A stretch of DNA of 64,000 nucleotides, taken from assembly GCA_965113315.1 (NCBI GenBank), contig OZ220365.1; one strand, given 5' to 3'. Below the pieces are notes generated by a model. That model saw only the letters and a list, made by a program, of their open reading frames with translations, had not been told where the DNA came from and made no database searches. This DNA comes from Podarcis vaucheri. Lineage: Eukaryota. The position numbers and the translations under genes are program-made. This document shows positions 50,967-64,000 of the stretch, in pieces. Every line of letters starts with the position of its first letter. Within the stretch, counting starts at the first letter, position 1.

Positions 50967-53900
50967 TAAGGGGTAAAGACAGAGGCATCAGGCAGGGAGA
51001 ACATTTCATGAAGCAAGATTATAGGGCCCAACCCAACAGATAAGTGAAACGCATGATCTTTTTGAAAGGGCAGCTGCTTGCCCCATCAGCCTTCCCCGCC
51101 CCAACTGCCAATGTACAAGTTGCCAAATACCAGGCTGAGCTACACATTCAGCCCACATGAGAAAAGGTCCTACAAGCATACAGCTATGCATACAGAGAGC
51201 ACCTCCACATGGGAGGGGGAGTGTCCTCTGAGTTAATCAGAATCTGCCCCCCCCCGGGGGAATTCTACATGCATACGTTGGTACATGTGTGCATATATCC
51301 ATGTACACTGAATGTGCACATGGCCAGAAGGAGCATAGCTCTGGGGTACGTAACTGGTAGGAGGCAAAGTCAGTCCAAGCCGCCCTATGGACACCTCACA
51401 CTTTCTTCTGATGCATGTGGGGATATATTTGAACCCCCTCCCTGAAGCAGATCAAATCAGAGCAAGCAGCCTATTCCTAATTGGTAATGAATGGACAATG
51501 CAACACAAATAGTGTACACTGACACCTAAAAAGGTGTTCGCAGTGAGTTAGTCTCACAGGTAATGGCTAAGTATGATCATTTGCAGATTTTACAATAATT
51601 CCAGTTTCATGCTGGAGAATCTCTTTGAAACTTTCTTTTTTAGGTATGGCAGCTTTCAAGTCTGCTAGAGAATGCCCAAGGGGATTGAAACATTTCCCCA
51701 CTATTATCAAAGTGTTGGCATCTTTAATGACTGGTTTGTTTAACTTATTCTCTTTGCACTGAGGCAGTCTGGCTTGTCCCCTTGAAACAGCAAACGGGCA
51801 AACTGATGAGCAAGACTGATTATTTATTGATTATTTGTATTTATTAAAACACCTCTTAAAATTATTTCTGTGTTATGCATACACATTCACCCCCTACCAC
51901 AGAGGCAGGAAAAGTCAAGGTCTCAAAATGCTATTGTTTTATTATTTTTTAAGCCTGAGAGATCAACATTGGCCTTGCACCAAAAGGAAAATATGGGTGC
52001 CAGGCAAGCTTCCCTAAAGAGATAATTTTATAGAACAGGTTGGGAAACATCTGGCTATCCAGATGTTGCTGAGCTACAACTCCCATCATACCTGGCCATT
52101 CTTACTGCAGCTGATTAGAGTTTTAGTTCAGCAACATCTGGAGGGCAAACTGTTCCGCACGCCTGCCATATATTATCAGTTTAGAAAATGTGGTATGGCT
52201 GATGTTGTTGGCTCCTGTGCTTATGCCATAATACATTTGTTAGCCTTTAAGATAGTACCAAACTATTTTGTCTTTGAGATATTGAGTTTTGCTTAATACA
52301 TATTTAATACATCAAATTAATGACTGGTCTGTTTAAAAAGAATAATATTAATCAAGTAAAAGTTATTTGATCAAAAGCTCTCAGTTTAATATGACTGTCT
52401 ATGGGTGCCATATATGTTATGTGCCACGGCATTCTCATCTTACTTTTAAATGAATTTTCTAGCTCTTGGGGATATCAATAAAAGTTGAAGAGATAATCTG
52501 AAATGTAACAAGATCAGACACCCGTTTTTAGGATGCTGAATTGCCATAACACAAAGGACAGCTTGCTCAAATGTAGCTACAAAACAGTGTGCTAGGAGAA
52601 GTAAACCCAACCTGCACATGCAGCTTTCCTAACTTAGGATCGCTATTTGTGACATTATCAAATACTGCAATTCCCAGTATTGACTCTCCCCACCCCTTCA
52701 GTCCTCTGTCCTGTTCATAAGCGAGATTAGGTGAGGAACCAATATTGTGGAATGCCCTCTCAGTGGAGACCTGCTGGGCTCCCTCTCTGCCTGTCATTCA
52801 GTGGTTAGGAAGTGCTTTATAAACATTCAACCTAATTCTTAATGCATGGTCTGCTATTCAAAGAGTTTTAAACCTACTATGCGCTAGAGATTTGAGTTTT
52901 TAATAACTGCTCTCTTCCGAATGTTTTCAACTGTTGTCATTTTTACTGCTTACAGCGGATTTAGTGTTTTAATTTTGTTTATTCTTGCCTTGATGTATTT
53001 TAATCCTTTTTACTGTAAGCCACTTTAATTGTTCCTACAGAAAAGCAGGATGTAAATAATAAACAAAAATGAAAATAAACTAAACTAAACTGAAAGGCTT
53101 TGTGCGGTGCTTTTATTCCACACTGGACTAAAGGTCTTATTGGAACAGCACTGAAATTTTGAAACTTCTCGGGTTGGTGCCATACCACAGGTCAGAACTG
53201 TGGCCTGGCATAGCAGTCACTGTATCTCAGTTTTGTTGGCACAGCAAGCTATTTGGATCGGGCCATTAGAAACCAAAAATGGAAATGAAAAGACCATTTT
53301 CAGGGCATTATCTACTCATCGGCAAGTCTACTCAGAAGAAGCAAGTCACACTGAGTTCACTGAGCTTATTTCCAGGTTGAACTGGAGCCCATAAGTGGTA
53401 TTCAAGTAAGTAGTTCTGTCAGCACAAGGATTTATATTTGTGCCACAGAACCTCCCCTGGGGAAAATCCTGAGGGCCAGAGAGAGAGACCTGGGGGCCAT
53501 ATTTGGTCCACAGCCTTAGGTTTCCCACCTCAGTCTGCGCTGACTGGCCACAGTCTTTAGGCTTACAGACAAGGGTCTTTCTCAGTCCTGCCGTGAGATG
53601 CCAGGGTTTGAACCTCAGACCTTCTGTACACGAAGATGCTCTACTACTGAGCTGCAGCTCTTCCCCACCAGGGCAATGTGATCAAACCACTTAGTCCCAA
53701 AGCTGCAAAAGCAAGGACCTTTACACTGCCAATCAATGTATATGGTACTGAATGAGAAAGGCAGTGGTTTGACTCAGTACAACATAGGTTTGTATGTAAG
53801 AGATAAATTAAAGTACTGGTGAGGCACACAACGCTGCCCTCTTATAGGACTTTACATCCTTTAAACCAGTCTCTCCTGCTCTTGCGTCCTCTTGTTTTGG

Positions 53901-54794
53901 ATTATAGCTCTCATTAGTCAACATGGCCAATGCCTAGTGGTGACTGATGCCAAGGTTAAATATATCTGGAGAGAACCAGGTTGAGGAAGGATGGTGTAAG
54001 TTAAGCAAACTCTATCTAAATTACAGAGCTCTCTCCACATCCCATAAATATTCTCCATTTCATTTTTAAAGCTGCTCAACATACAAGGCTACGTAGAATC
54101 ACATATAAGAAAGTTAATAGTAACTATTACTCACTCTTCTAGGTGTTTGACAGTTGCCTTCCACAAAAGTTGATTCGTACATACCAATTATTTTCTGAAT
54201 CACTCAATTGAAAATTGCTCTACGCAGCATTTATGAAGTGAAGATTGCCCATCATAACGGTGACAGAGAATAAGTTAAGTTGTAATTTTTTTTATTTATT
54301 TTTTACTGGACCCATCAATTCTGATATTTTGCAAGATTTCAACCCTTTTCCTGAATAGCAAAACAGATTCATGGCAAAAAGGGGGGCGGATTTATTACCT
54401 AGCCAACTGGTTAGGCACTGCCCTGTGAGCAGATTATGGTGCTGGCCACATGAAGCTCACTTCAATTTGCATGGCTGTGAGCTTGCTCTACATTTGCAAT
54501 AAGTCACTAGTTTAATATGACAAGCCCAGAAGGTTGTGCTGCCACTGGGGCAATTTAACAGCTCCCATGGAACTACTTGCTGACACATACTAGCCCTTCA
54601 GTTGGCAAATTAGAGGTTGCTATGCCTTGCTTGAAGAAAATGAACAAGAATCGGCTCTCGATGAACTCTTCACAAACAATGCAAGGGACCACAGCATGAA
54701 GAAAGTCTCAGGTTCCATCCCAAGCTTCTCAGATAAGGCTGGGAGAGACCCATGTCTGAAGCAGCAGCTGCTAGTCAGTGCAGTGTATACAGTA

Positions 54795-55039
54795 CAGTCG
54801 CACCTTGGAAGTCAAACAGAATCCGTTCTGGAAGTTCGTTCGATTTCCAAAACATTCGGAAACCAAGGCACGGCTTCCAATTGGTTTCCGATTGCGCAGG
54901 CGCAAACAATAGCGGAAGCTGCGCCGGACATTTGGCTTCCAAACAAAGTTCGAAAACCAGAACACTCACTTCCAGTTTTCAATCTTCTGGGAGGTGGAAT
55001 GTTTGACTCCCAAGGTGTTCGGGAGCCAAGGTACGACTG
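54795..55039 (-). mobile_element. MITE family C inserted in a tRNA-SINE
   Basis: TA|CAGTCGCACCTTGG...CCAAGGTACGACTG|TA; the SINE resumes with ctgagctagatggaccaatgg. Confidence 0.85.
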
Positions 55040-56043
55040 TACTGAGCTAGATGGACCAATGGTATGACTCAGTATAAGTCAGGCTCCTTTACTCCTAACA
55101 TAGCAACTTTTGAACTAGGCATTTCCCTATTTCCTCTGCAATAGAGCAGGGGGAGCCAACATGGTGCCCTCTAGTTGTTCTTGGACTACAATTCCCACCA
55201 GCCCCACACAGAGGTGATGAGAGTTGTAGTCCAACCACAGCTGGAGGACAATACGTCAGATCAAGAGGAATTCATGTGAGAAGAACATTAACTGGAATGT
55301 CAGATCACACTGACTATCACCTCGCCCTTGTACAATGGTACTAGCTTGCAGATGCACAATATGTAATATGAAATTCATAGTCTCGTGAGACTCTGGCAAC
55401 CATGCATAGAACAGCCCACTCCATATAGGGTAAGGGGGAAGAAAGGCGAGGAGAACTATGGCTGACACAGGCAGGCAAAATAAAATAAAATAAAATAAAA
55501 TAATACACTGGATACAATCATAGCATGCCATGGACTTAAACCAGGAACACTGTGTTGTGAGGCTGGGACACATCCTACAGAACTACTAAGGACTGTATGT
55601 GTTTAGGCCTCAGATACCTCTTCTCGTGTGGGAGAATAGAGTTGTCCAACATCAGCTTCTGCAGTTGGTGGGCAGGATGATACCTCTCCACTGGCCAGGT
55701 CAGCTTCTACATACCAGAAGCCTTGCTTTTTGCCTTTGCCTATTCAGAAGGGTAGTATGTCCTGCCTGCTACACTTCAAGTTCCACTTTCCCCAACTCCA
55801 CCCACTAATCTCAGTGTACTGACCTGGAAAATATGCCCTCTGGAATTGCAATATTGCCACCCACAACCCACCTTGTCCCAACAGCACATTGTCTTCTACC
55901 TAATCCTTTACAGCACAGAAGTTCTCTGTCTCACGTTGTTGTGGCCACACAGTCACCCTCTTATGATTTTACTTGGGACATTATGCTTAGGGCGCGATGC
56001 AGTAAATATTCCCGCAATTCCCTCTTTCTCTATCTTTCTAGAT

Positions 56044-56179
56044 TGGCGTTTCCCAAAGTTGGGTCTCCAATTGTTGTTGGACTACAACTCCCATCATCCC
56101 TAGCTAGCAGGACCAGTGGTCAGGAATGATAGGAACTGTAGTCCAAAAACAGCTGGAGACCCAACTTTGGGAAACCCTG
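56044..56179. mobile_element. 136-bp palindromic hAT MITE
   Basis: gtttcccaaagttgggtctcca...tggagacccaactttgggaaac; degenerate TSD TTCTAGAT/ATCTACAT. Confidence 0.85.
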
Positions 56180-58355
56180 ATCTACATCAATAATAAGGCA
56201 GTCATTATTATTACTACTATAATACTAATATATTTAGATAGCACATTTCCTAGCTCAGTGAACAACAGCCATGCATCATACTCCAGTATTATTATCCTCA
56301 TAACACAGACAGCACACTGAGACTGAAGTGTAGCTTAGTTGTCTGCTAAGTTCATAGCAGAGGTGAGATGTGAACTGGGACTGTCCTAGCCCACATCTGA
56401 TTCTTAATCCATATGCTATTCTAGTTCTCAGCTAGAGTTTATGCAAAACTATGATGAATAAACCTAATCTTATTTTTAAAATTATTTTTATTTAAAGAAA
56501 AGATCAATGTAAATGAAATATTAGTAAAACTAGAAAACTCTAGGAACCTCATCAGAAGAATCATGAACATGAAATAATTTTCAGAGCTTGCAACCATACT
56601 ATGCTAAATGATAGGGCTACTTTTCTTATTTTGATACCATCCATTTAAATCTGATTAAGTGGGAGGGATGAGGAAGCATGAGAAGCTTTTAGTTCAGCAT
56701 CTTCCGCTTCACAAACTTGTCTTGCAAAGGCTGGCATTTAAAACTAATTTTGCCAGTGTCTGGTTTTTGATGTTGCAAACCCCATCAGAATACAAACACC
56801 AAAGCCTCTCATTTGAGAGCACAGCGTGTGGCTTAAGAAAGGGATGCCTTGGGCAGACAAATTTCAGCATGATAAAATGGACCTGCCAGTGAAACATACT
56901 ACATAACATATAGTTGTATGGCCAACATCCTATTGCCTACCTAGTCAAAACTATTCCTGCACTTTGCAAGAATAACTAAACACAGATATATGTACCAGCT
57001 ATGGTGAGGGGTAACCTGGCAAGTCCATCACCAACTCTCCTTTTTATTTGAAATAAACAAGCACTAGAAAGAAAATGACATGGCTGGAGATCTTGCCTAT
57101 TAACCTAGAGCTGAGAAAGTTATCACACTGTCTGATTAGTTGTAGTAGCAGAAAAAGCTCACAGAATCTTTTTCCCAGGACCTTATTGATTACTTGTTCC
57201 CTATCTCCTAAGTTTTTTAGGTAAAAGGTTTAGTGATCCCATATTAAAATTGTGCATAAATTAGCATCATTTGTAAGAAGTGGAACACGGTAGCAAAAAC
57301 ATCCAGATCAAAACAAGACTTAGCCATAAGTCCAGCACTACAGGTAAATGACATCAGTATTTTTCAGACAACAACTAATGCTGTTTCTCCTTCTTTCTTC
57401 TGTCCTTAAAGCTGGCAGCTACTGCCAGGTCCATCTTTAGCAATGCTGTATATTCCATCCAGCAAGCTATATTACACAGGAAGGTTCAGAAAATCAAAAT
57501 TCATTCAATGGCATGACACATAGGAAGGAAGCACAGGGAAGGGGTTTGAGAAGAGGAAAGAGGGGTGGTTTTGCTGCAAACCTACACCACAAGCAAAACA
57601 AGGGGCTCCATTCCAGTCACTGCCTCCTTTCCTACATAGCCTCCTGGATGGCTGGCTAGTTGGCAGGCAAGACTGTAGACAAAAACAGCGCACCCTGAAG
57701 GGGGGGCAAAATAAGGTGGTCCATCAGAACAAAAGAACCACAAACCAGAAGCCACCTAGCTCCTTGCATGACACAACAACACACAGCCACCTTCCCACTC
57801 ACCCACCCACCCACCCACCCGCCACAGCCACCACCCCGACCCCAATCGCCTCCACCCCCACACCTCTGGGCAGCCTGTATTTTTGCTGCTTTCAGTGGTC
57901 CCACGCTCTTCTCGCCCACCCTCTCCTTTAAAATAATAATAATAATAATGAATATAATAGAGGAAATGAAAATAAAGCCACACGAAATCTCTTGCCGAGC
58001 GAGAAGCAGCCCTGCTCCATCGCGAGAGGAAAAACAAACAAATAAAATACCTCAACATTCACAAGCAGCCGGAGCATCTGATCTGACATGGAGGGGAGAT
58101 GGGCAGGATTTTATAGGCATCAGCATCAGCCCTGACGAGGTTCTCCCGCCCATACACAGAGATCCTGCATCCTCCTCCCGCGGGGAAGGGAGAATCATAC
58201 CGCCAGGAGGGAATGCAATTGGAGGAGGGGGGAGAGAGAAGAAGAAAGAAAAGAGAGAGGGGGATCCAGTGTCCACATAGCAGCTAATAGGGTGGGTGGA
58301 TGCAGTTAAAAGAAAATGGGACACACACACACAGACAGACAGGCCAATTCCTTAC

Positions 58356-58560
58356 CTCCGTCCAGGGCGCAGCAGACTAAACAGGCAGCGCCGGCGGCAG
58401 CCACTAGAGCTCGTCCTGTGTGGCTTCCGCCCCGCCAGCCCCGTCTGCCTGCCGTTGCTCCTCCCCAACCAGCCCGGAGTCCAGAGTCTGTCTGTGTCTC
58501 TGTCTCTCGGTACTGCTGCTGCTGCTGCTGCTGGGCCTGACTCCCCTTTCACGTGACGCA
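58356..58560 (-). other. TULP4: Probable non-coding first exon of TULP4 (5' end approximate)
   Basis: Inside the CpG island; ends at a GAG|GTAAGG donor (plus strand ccttac 58350-58355); contains (CAG)7; same strand as the TULP4 CDS. Confidence 0.6.
58513..58533. repeat. (CTG)7, read as (CAG)7 in the putative first exon
   Basis: Read directly. Confidence 0.95.
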
Positions 58561-58570
58561 ACCACATGAC
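58549..58570. promoter_or_regulatory. CLEAR/E-box (TCACGTGAC) next to an M-box-like CACATGAC; a further CACGTG lies at 58720-58725
   Basis: Motifs read directly; they match USF/MiT-TFE bHLH-ZIP consensus sites. Confidence 0.55.
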
Positions 58571-59516
58571 CCAACATGTTACTTGCTTCTCTCTCTTTCT
58601 CTCGCCGCCCCCTCCCCACCCGCAACTCCGCCTCGGCCCCCCCCCCTCTTCTTCTCCGTGTCGGGGTCTCTCACTCGGTGTCACGCGAGGAGGGCCAAAA
58701 GGCGAGCCGCGCCTCTGAGCACGTGCAGAGCGCTTTTGCCCCTCTGCGCGGCGGGGCATCGCAGCGTTAGCCTGTCCACCCCGCTATACGGGAGCGGAGG
58801 CAGTTGCTTCGGGTCAAAGGATGCGGCTTTCAGGCCTCGGCCTGGTGCTGCCTCAATGCGATTCCTTTATTTTCATCGCGAAAGGAAGATCCCGTTATTG
58901 TTTTATCATTTGCCACTGCGTTTTTTGAACGTTTGTAATAACATTAATAACTGCATTGCTTAACAATATTCCCGTGATTTAAGACATCGTTCTGGGGTGT
59001 TGTGCAACTTCCCCAAGGGATGTGTTTTCTTTTTGGTATATTTAAGTACAGATTCTTAGGTGGTTTATAGGCCGTTGGTTTTTTCTGGAGCAACAACTGC
59101 AAATTATGTCTTATTGCTGCCTACAGCGCCAACCTTGATCCAGCATCAATAGCTTTATAACTGTCATATATAATGCGCCTCCCAGGATGGAAAAGGGTGT
59201 GTCCTCGCTTTCCTAGTTCCTAATTGCAGCCATTCTGCCTAATCCTCTATAATTCAGAAAAGATGTGTTTGTATTTAGAATGATTGTTCAGAGGCGGTTT
59301 TAGGGTAGCACTACCAGTTCAGTTGCACTGGGCTCTGGCACTGCAAGGGTCGCTGGAACAATAATGTAGAATGGGCAGGCCAAATTTTAGCATTGCACAG
59401 GGCACCACAGAAATTTGAGACCCCCAAGTCTGCCGCTGGATTTATAAATCATTTAATCAATGTAGTATACATAATAAAAATTTAAAAACAATAAAATAAA
59501 AACTTAAAAGAAATGT

Positions 59517-59884
59517 AAGGTAAAGGTAAAGGTACCCCTGCCCGTACGGGCCAGTCGTGTCTGACTCTAGGGTTGTGCGCCCATCTCACTTAAGAGGCCG
59601 GGGGCCAGCGCTGTCCAGAGACACTTCCGGGTCACGTGGCCAGCGTGACGAAGCTGCTCTGGTGAGCCGGCACCAGCACAGCACACGGAAACGCCGTTTA
59701 CCTTCCCACTATAAAGCGGTACCTATTTATCTACTTGCACTTAGGGGTGCTTTCGAACTGCTAGGTGGGCAGGAGCTGGGACCGAAAGACGGGCGCTCAC
59801 CCTGCCGCGGGGATTCGAACTGCCGACCATGCGATCGACAAGCCCTAGGCGCTGAGGTTTTACCCACAGCGCCACCCGCGTCCC
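59517..59884 (-). mobile_element. Full-length young Sauria SINE (Squam1)
   Basis: 5' GGGACGCGGGTGGCGCTGTGGGTAAAACC, B box GTTCGAATCC, (ACCTTT)n tail, CpGs intact. Confidence 0.93.
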
Positions 59885-60929
59885 AACGTTATTACTAGCA
59901 CCCTCATAACTTGCATTGCTCTGGAATTCTAATAAAACAAAAAATCAGTGCAGTTTTGAAAGTTTGGGTCCGCCTTCTTGATTCAAAATGGCAGGCAGTT
60001 GCATCCTCACAGATGAAAACCATGCGCATTTAGGTTACATCTTATGAGGTGTCCAAACACAGAGCGAACACACCACTCTGCAAAATGATGACGATTTAAA
60101 TTTCTTACTTGCACTTCACCATAAGGTCCCAAGGCAGCTTACCGTGGTTTGTCAATGCAATATTAAAAAAAACAATTTAAAACAAAGTACAGCCAGGAAT
60201 AGGGTGTGTCCTTAATAATATACCGTATCTCTAAAGGCTAGAGTGAAGAGGTGCATCTTCAGCATTTGATGCATAATAAATTCAGACACACCTCTGTGGC
60301 AATAGATTATATGTTTAGGTAGGCTTGCTGAAATAATAAAAAATGGAATTTACTAGAATGCATATAGCTTCTGTTCCAGCTAATTTAACTTTGAAGGAGA
60401 ATTTCACTTTAAAATGACAAGAAATAACATGATGGGGACTTTTTAATAATCGCTCAAATGTTGTCGACATGGGAAATAGACAAACTATTATCCTTTGAAG
60501 TTATGAGGCAGAAAGTCGCAAGTGCCCTGTTGATGAATAAACTATTAATTCAAATAAGATTCAGATACAGGTTTAAAACTGGTATGAGCTGTGGATAAAA
60601 CAATAGAGTAGGAGTACGGGCATGGGTTCACAGACAAAGGTGCGATGGATATCCACCTCACCCCCTGAAAATAAGGAATGGTGTTTTTATTTGTATAGAC
60701 TTGTTATAGTTTGTATTATATTGAAAGTCTGGAGTGTATTACTGGTGTCTCTGCGCCCCCCACCCCACCCCCTCTACTTTGATATTTTAATACCTATTTT
60801 CTGTGATTATTTTGTTGTATGCTTGATTTAGCATTTTAATAAAATAACCTGGCATGAGCACTGGAGTTAGAGGGTGTCTCTGAAATGGAATGGGTTTCTG
60901 AGCAATAGTTACACTGAAATTTAAATCAA

Positions 60930-61560
60930 AAGAAGAGCCGAGCTAGATCAGGCCCAAAGACTCATCTAGTCCAGTATCCTGTTCTCTTCATGGCAAACGA
61001 GATGCCTATAGGGAGCCCACGAGCAGAGCCTGAGTGCAGCAACATCACTCTCATAATAATAATTTTTTTATGCCACCTTTGCACACACAAAAATTATGCA
61101 CAATGCAATTTACAACAAAAAGAGCAGCAGTACGTCTCAAAAACGACAATCACACAAAAAAATTCATACTAATAAAACAGCACTATAATAGCATATAAAG
61201 CATCATACAAAGAACATTTCAATGCTGCAAATATAATAGCATAACAGCAGAAACAGCAAGAGAGCTTGAAAGCTTCACCTTCTTTCCTTGAAACCCCTCC
61301 CATGGAGAAGTCCAAACCGACCCTCCCATGATGCTGCTCGCAGCCCCTTTCCTACAGTGGCATATTACAAGGCTTCCGAAAGCAGGGGTTTGGGATACCT
61401 GGAAAGACCCTTCCCGTGGTGTTGCTCTCAATCATTCCTTGCTAGTATTTCCCAGCAACCGGCATTCAGAAGGATACAGCTTCTGACAGTGGAGGTAGAA
61501 CATAGGCAACATGACTAGTAGCCACTGATAGTCTTATGCTCCTTAATCTGCTGTAAAAGT
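60930..61560 (-). mobile_element. CR1 3' end split by an L2-like insertion (about 61052-61430)
   Basis: catctagtccagtatcctgttctc...gagtgcagcaacatcactctc resumes as cccagcaaccggcattcagaag after the insert. Confidence 0.65.
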
Positions 61561-62520
61561 CTTTGTCATTGTTCTAGGTACAGTACTTGTTCTTGCTTTT
61601 TCAGGATATTGCTTGACATGTTGCAAAATCCTGTAAAATTGGTTTCAGCAAAGTCATGGTGGGATATTTGCAGCAATAAGCAATGACAGCCTGGAGGAGA
61701 TGTTGCATGTTGTAAATTGTCTTCTGTTAAAAAACACACACACTTAGCTCTCCTAACTCATAGTATACATAATCCAGCACGGCAAATTTGTTGGATTGAA
61801 CAACAATAAGCATAATTGAGTTTTGCCTTGATTGCACTATAATTCTTGCATAAACACCATCCCAGATAAAATCTGTTAGAGGGCAAAACTAGATTTCTCT
61901 TGGTTGGGGAATGAGTGTGGCATATTCACCATGGATCCTGTTTCCTTCTGTCATACCTGCCTAGCAGTATCACACTAGTTTTTTGATATTTTATGCTCTT
62001 GGATTTTTCAGAGTCTTGATAGAAAACCTTACCAGCACACAGTGGTATCATGTTACCACATCTGTTGACTGCTGAATCCCAAGATCACCTTTTCTAATAC
62101 AGTAACAGGAGAGTAATTTCCCTGACGAAAACAATAACGCCAATACTATTCACAAATCCAGAAGAAAGTTGCAAATTTCAGAACAAATCATGTCTGTGGC
62201 ACAGAATGTCTACCATGTTTTTTAATGGGAGTGATTTGTGAGTGCCCTCCTGTGAAAGCAACAAGTATTATCAGAAGCAGCTGTGAGTTGGTGTCAATCT
62301 AACACTCAGTTGTTAACTGATCTGTTAAATGAAAGGAAGTGGGCTATCCCTCAGTGAACATTTTTAAGGCGAGGCTGCAGCTCTGTAGTTCCTTCACTGA
62401 GCAAAGCTTGGACCAGAAAGCCTAAAAGGTCCCCTCCAACTCTATGGTTTTATATAAGATATAATAACTTTGGATGGTATCAAATGCTAATCCTACTCAG
62501 AATTAGACCCATTGAAATTA

Positions 62521-62749
62521 CAATGGTACCTCGGGTTAAGTACTTAATTCGTTCCGGAGGTCTGTTCTTAACCTGAAACTGTTCTTAACCTGAAGCACGA
62601 CTTTAGCTCATGGGACCTCCTGCTGCTGCAGCTGTGCCATCGGAGCACAATTTCTGTTCTTATCCTGAAGCAAAGTTCTTAACCTGAAGCACTATTTATG
62701 GGTTAGCAGAGTCTGTAACCTAAAGCGTATGTAACCCGAGGTGCCACTG
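62521..62749 (+). mobile_element. MITE family A inserted into an older short palindromic repeat
   Basis: TA-flanked TIRs; flanks cctactcagaattagacccattgaaat / tcatttcagtggg belong to one older element. Confidence 0.88.
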
Positions 62750-64000
62750 TAATAGACATGACTTAACTTAGGGTTATTCATTTCAGTGGGAGGAGTTCAA
62801 TACTTTATAGCTCTATGGCAATCATTCTGTCAGCGCAAAAAAATTCAGGTTGCCAGACAGAACGATCCCTATCTCCTTCCATGCTTTTCTCAGTGTGCTC
62901 TTCACACTATCCCAAGCCAATTGCATAGAAGTGGGGGAAATCCCATTGCTCTTGCAGAAGTCCTTGCATAGGTTTCCACAAGAATGAAGCATTAGTTGAA
63001 TCCTGCACATGGAATCTACTGAATACAACTCCATCTCTCCACAATCTACTTGACACAAGAAATAGGAGCCCTATTCACTTGTTCCTCCTGTGTGTAGGAA
63101 CCAGGGCTTTTTCTCACGGGAACTCAGTTCTGGCACCTCAGGTGGCTGCCATTGTCATTATAAGAGAACAAGGGTGAGTTCATGGTGAGTTCTCTTTTTC
63201 TAGAAAAATAGCACTTGTAGGAACCATACAAAAGAGGTGAGCAGGATCTCATCTGTCTAGCCCGGCTGCTCCCAATATTACCATGCCCACTGTCCCCCAC
63301 CCCATGTCTGTGCTGGAAGAAAAGAAGAAAAGGAGATGCACAAACACTTGTACACACATAGATTCTCCACATGTTTGGAAATCTCAATCGTGCAGTGCTC
63401 TTGAACTTGTGCAAAGCCTGAACATGTATGTAGGATCACCTTTCAGGCAGATATAGGATCACCTTTCGGACATTGTGCAAACAACTTTAGTTGTTAAAGA
63501 CATTACTCTAGTCCATGCACACCTTCGATTTATCACGCTTGTTAAAGCCCAAGCTTAAAAATGGGACACATGCAAACACTAGCCATGACAAATGATGTCA
63601 GCCACAAGTGGAGTGTTTTGAGTCCTGAGAAATCTGGAAAGGCTACTCTTCAGCTTTTTACTCACTTCTTGTAATACCTGATTATCCGGATTAATGATTG
63701 CTGAGCTGAACATCCTGCCTCACCGAATTAGTTTCTTCTCATTTGTGTTAGAAGCATAAAAATCAGTATAATACAGAACACGCACAATAGCAGTCTGTTC
63801 TTTCTTTTAAGATATATCTCACAGACACATGATATCTAGAGTGAATTGGGATAGCCCTTTGCAGTTGCTCAGTTCAAGTTGTTACTTCTGGATAATTATG
63901 CTGTAAACTGCCCTGTGATCTTTGGATGAAGGGCGGTATATAAACTTAATGAATAATAAAATAAATTAATAATTGTCTGAAATCAGCAAATTAAAATTTT

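Larger units (their letters stand above)
57990..58920. promoter_or_regulatory. CpG-island promoter (distal TULP4 promoter)
   Basis: Non-repeat GC- and CpG-rich block with GC boxes (CCGCCC), E-boxes and a first-exon-type donor. Confidence 0.8.

Noticed and set aside
57768-58963. Long ORFs (135-170 aa) on both strands in the CpG island
   Set aside because: Low-complexity, GC-driven stop depletion with no homology. The phase-0 frame at the 58356 donor contains a TAG, so exon 1 cannot supply an alternative in-frame TULP4 N-terminus when the large exon is skipped.
3092-62749. CRISPR-like or bacterial repeat system suggested by recurring palindromes
   Set aside because: The repeats are dispersed, TA- or 8-bp-TSD-flanked MITEs in vertebrate intronic DNA; there is no spacer array and no cas gene.
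63431-63467. Short direct repeat TAGGATCACCTTTC x2
   Set aside because: Ordinary local tandem duplication with no further structure.
58920-64000. Neighbouring gene GTF2H5, expected from mammalian synteny
   Set aside because: No recognisable exon; the region is repeats and unique intergenic DNA.

Overview
Vertebrate intron-rich DNA. The repeat content (Sauria SINE, a Squam3B-type SINE, CR1/L2/L1/Penelope fragments, many hAT and pogo/Tigger-like MITEs) points to a squamate, most likely a lacertid lizard. The only recognisable protein-coding sequence is the first coding segment of TULP4 on the minus strand (28118->27867, MYAAVEHGPVLCSDSNILCLSWKG...HNSE, ending at a GAG|GTGAGT donor). It forms the 3' end of an inferred 2306-nt exon (acceptor at 30172) that is mostly 5'UTR with about 35 upstream AUGs. 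A CpG-island promoter with a CLEAR/E-box cluster and a probable non-coding first exon (donor at 58356) lies about 28 kb upstream. The next coding exon (VVLVRWNEP...) is not in the window. The large exon has the architecture of the mammalian brain circular RNA circTULP4. Back-splicing would give a predicted 96-aa circle-specific ORF, and inverted lizard transposon copies lie in both flanking introns. Other notable items are a young hAT element carrying a CpG-island-like interior, several nested insertions with readable TSDs, a Penelope end with a decayed hammerhead-like motif, and a 21-bp templated insertion. Nearly all other ORFs in the track look like chance or repeat-derived ORFs. Repeat family names and boundaries of older copies were judged by eye and are approximate.
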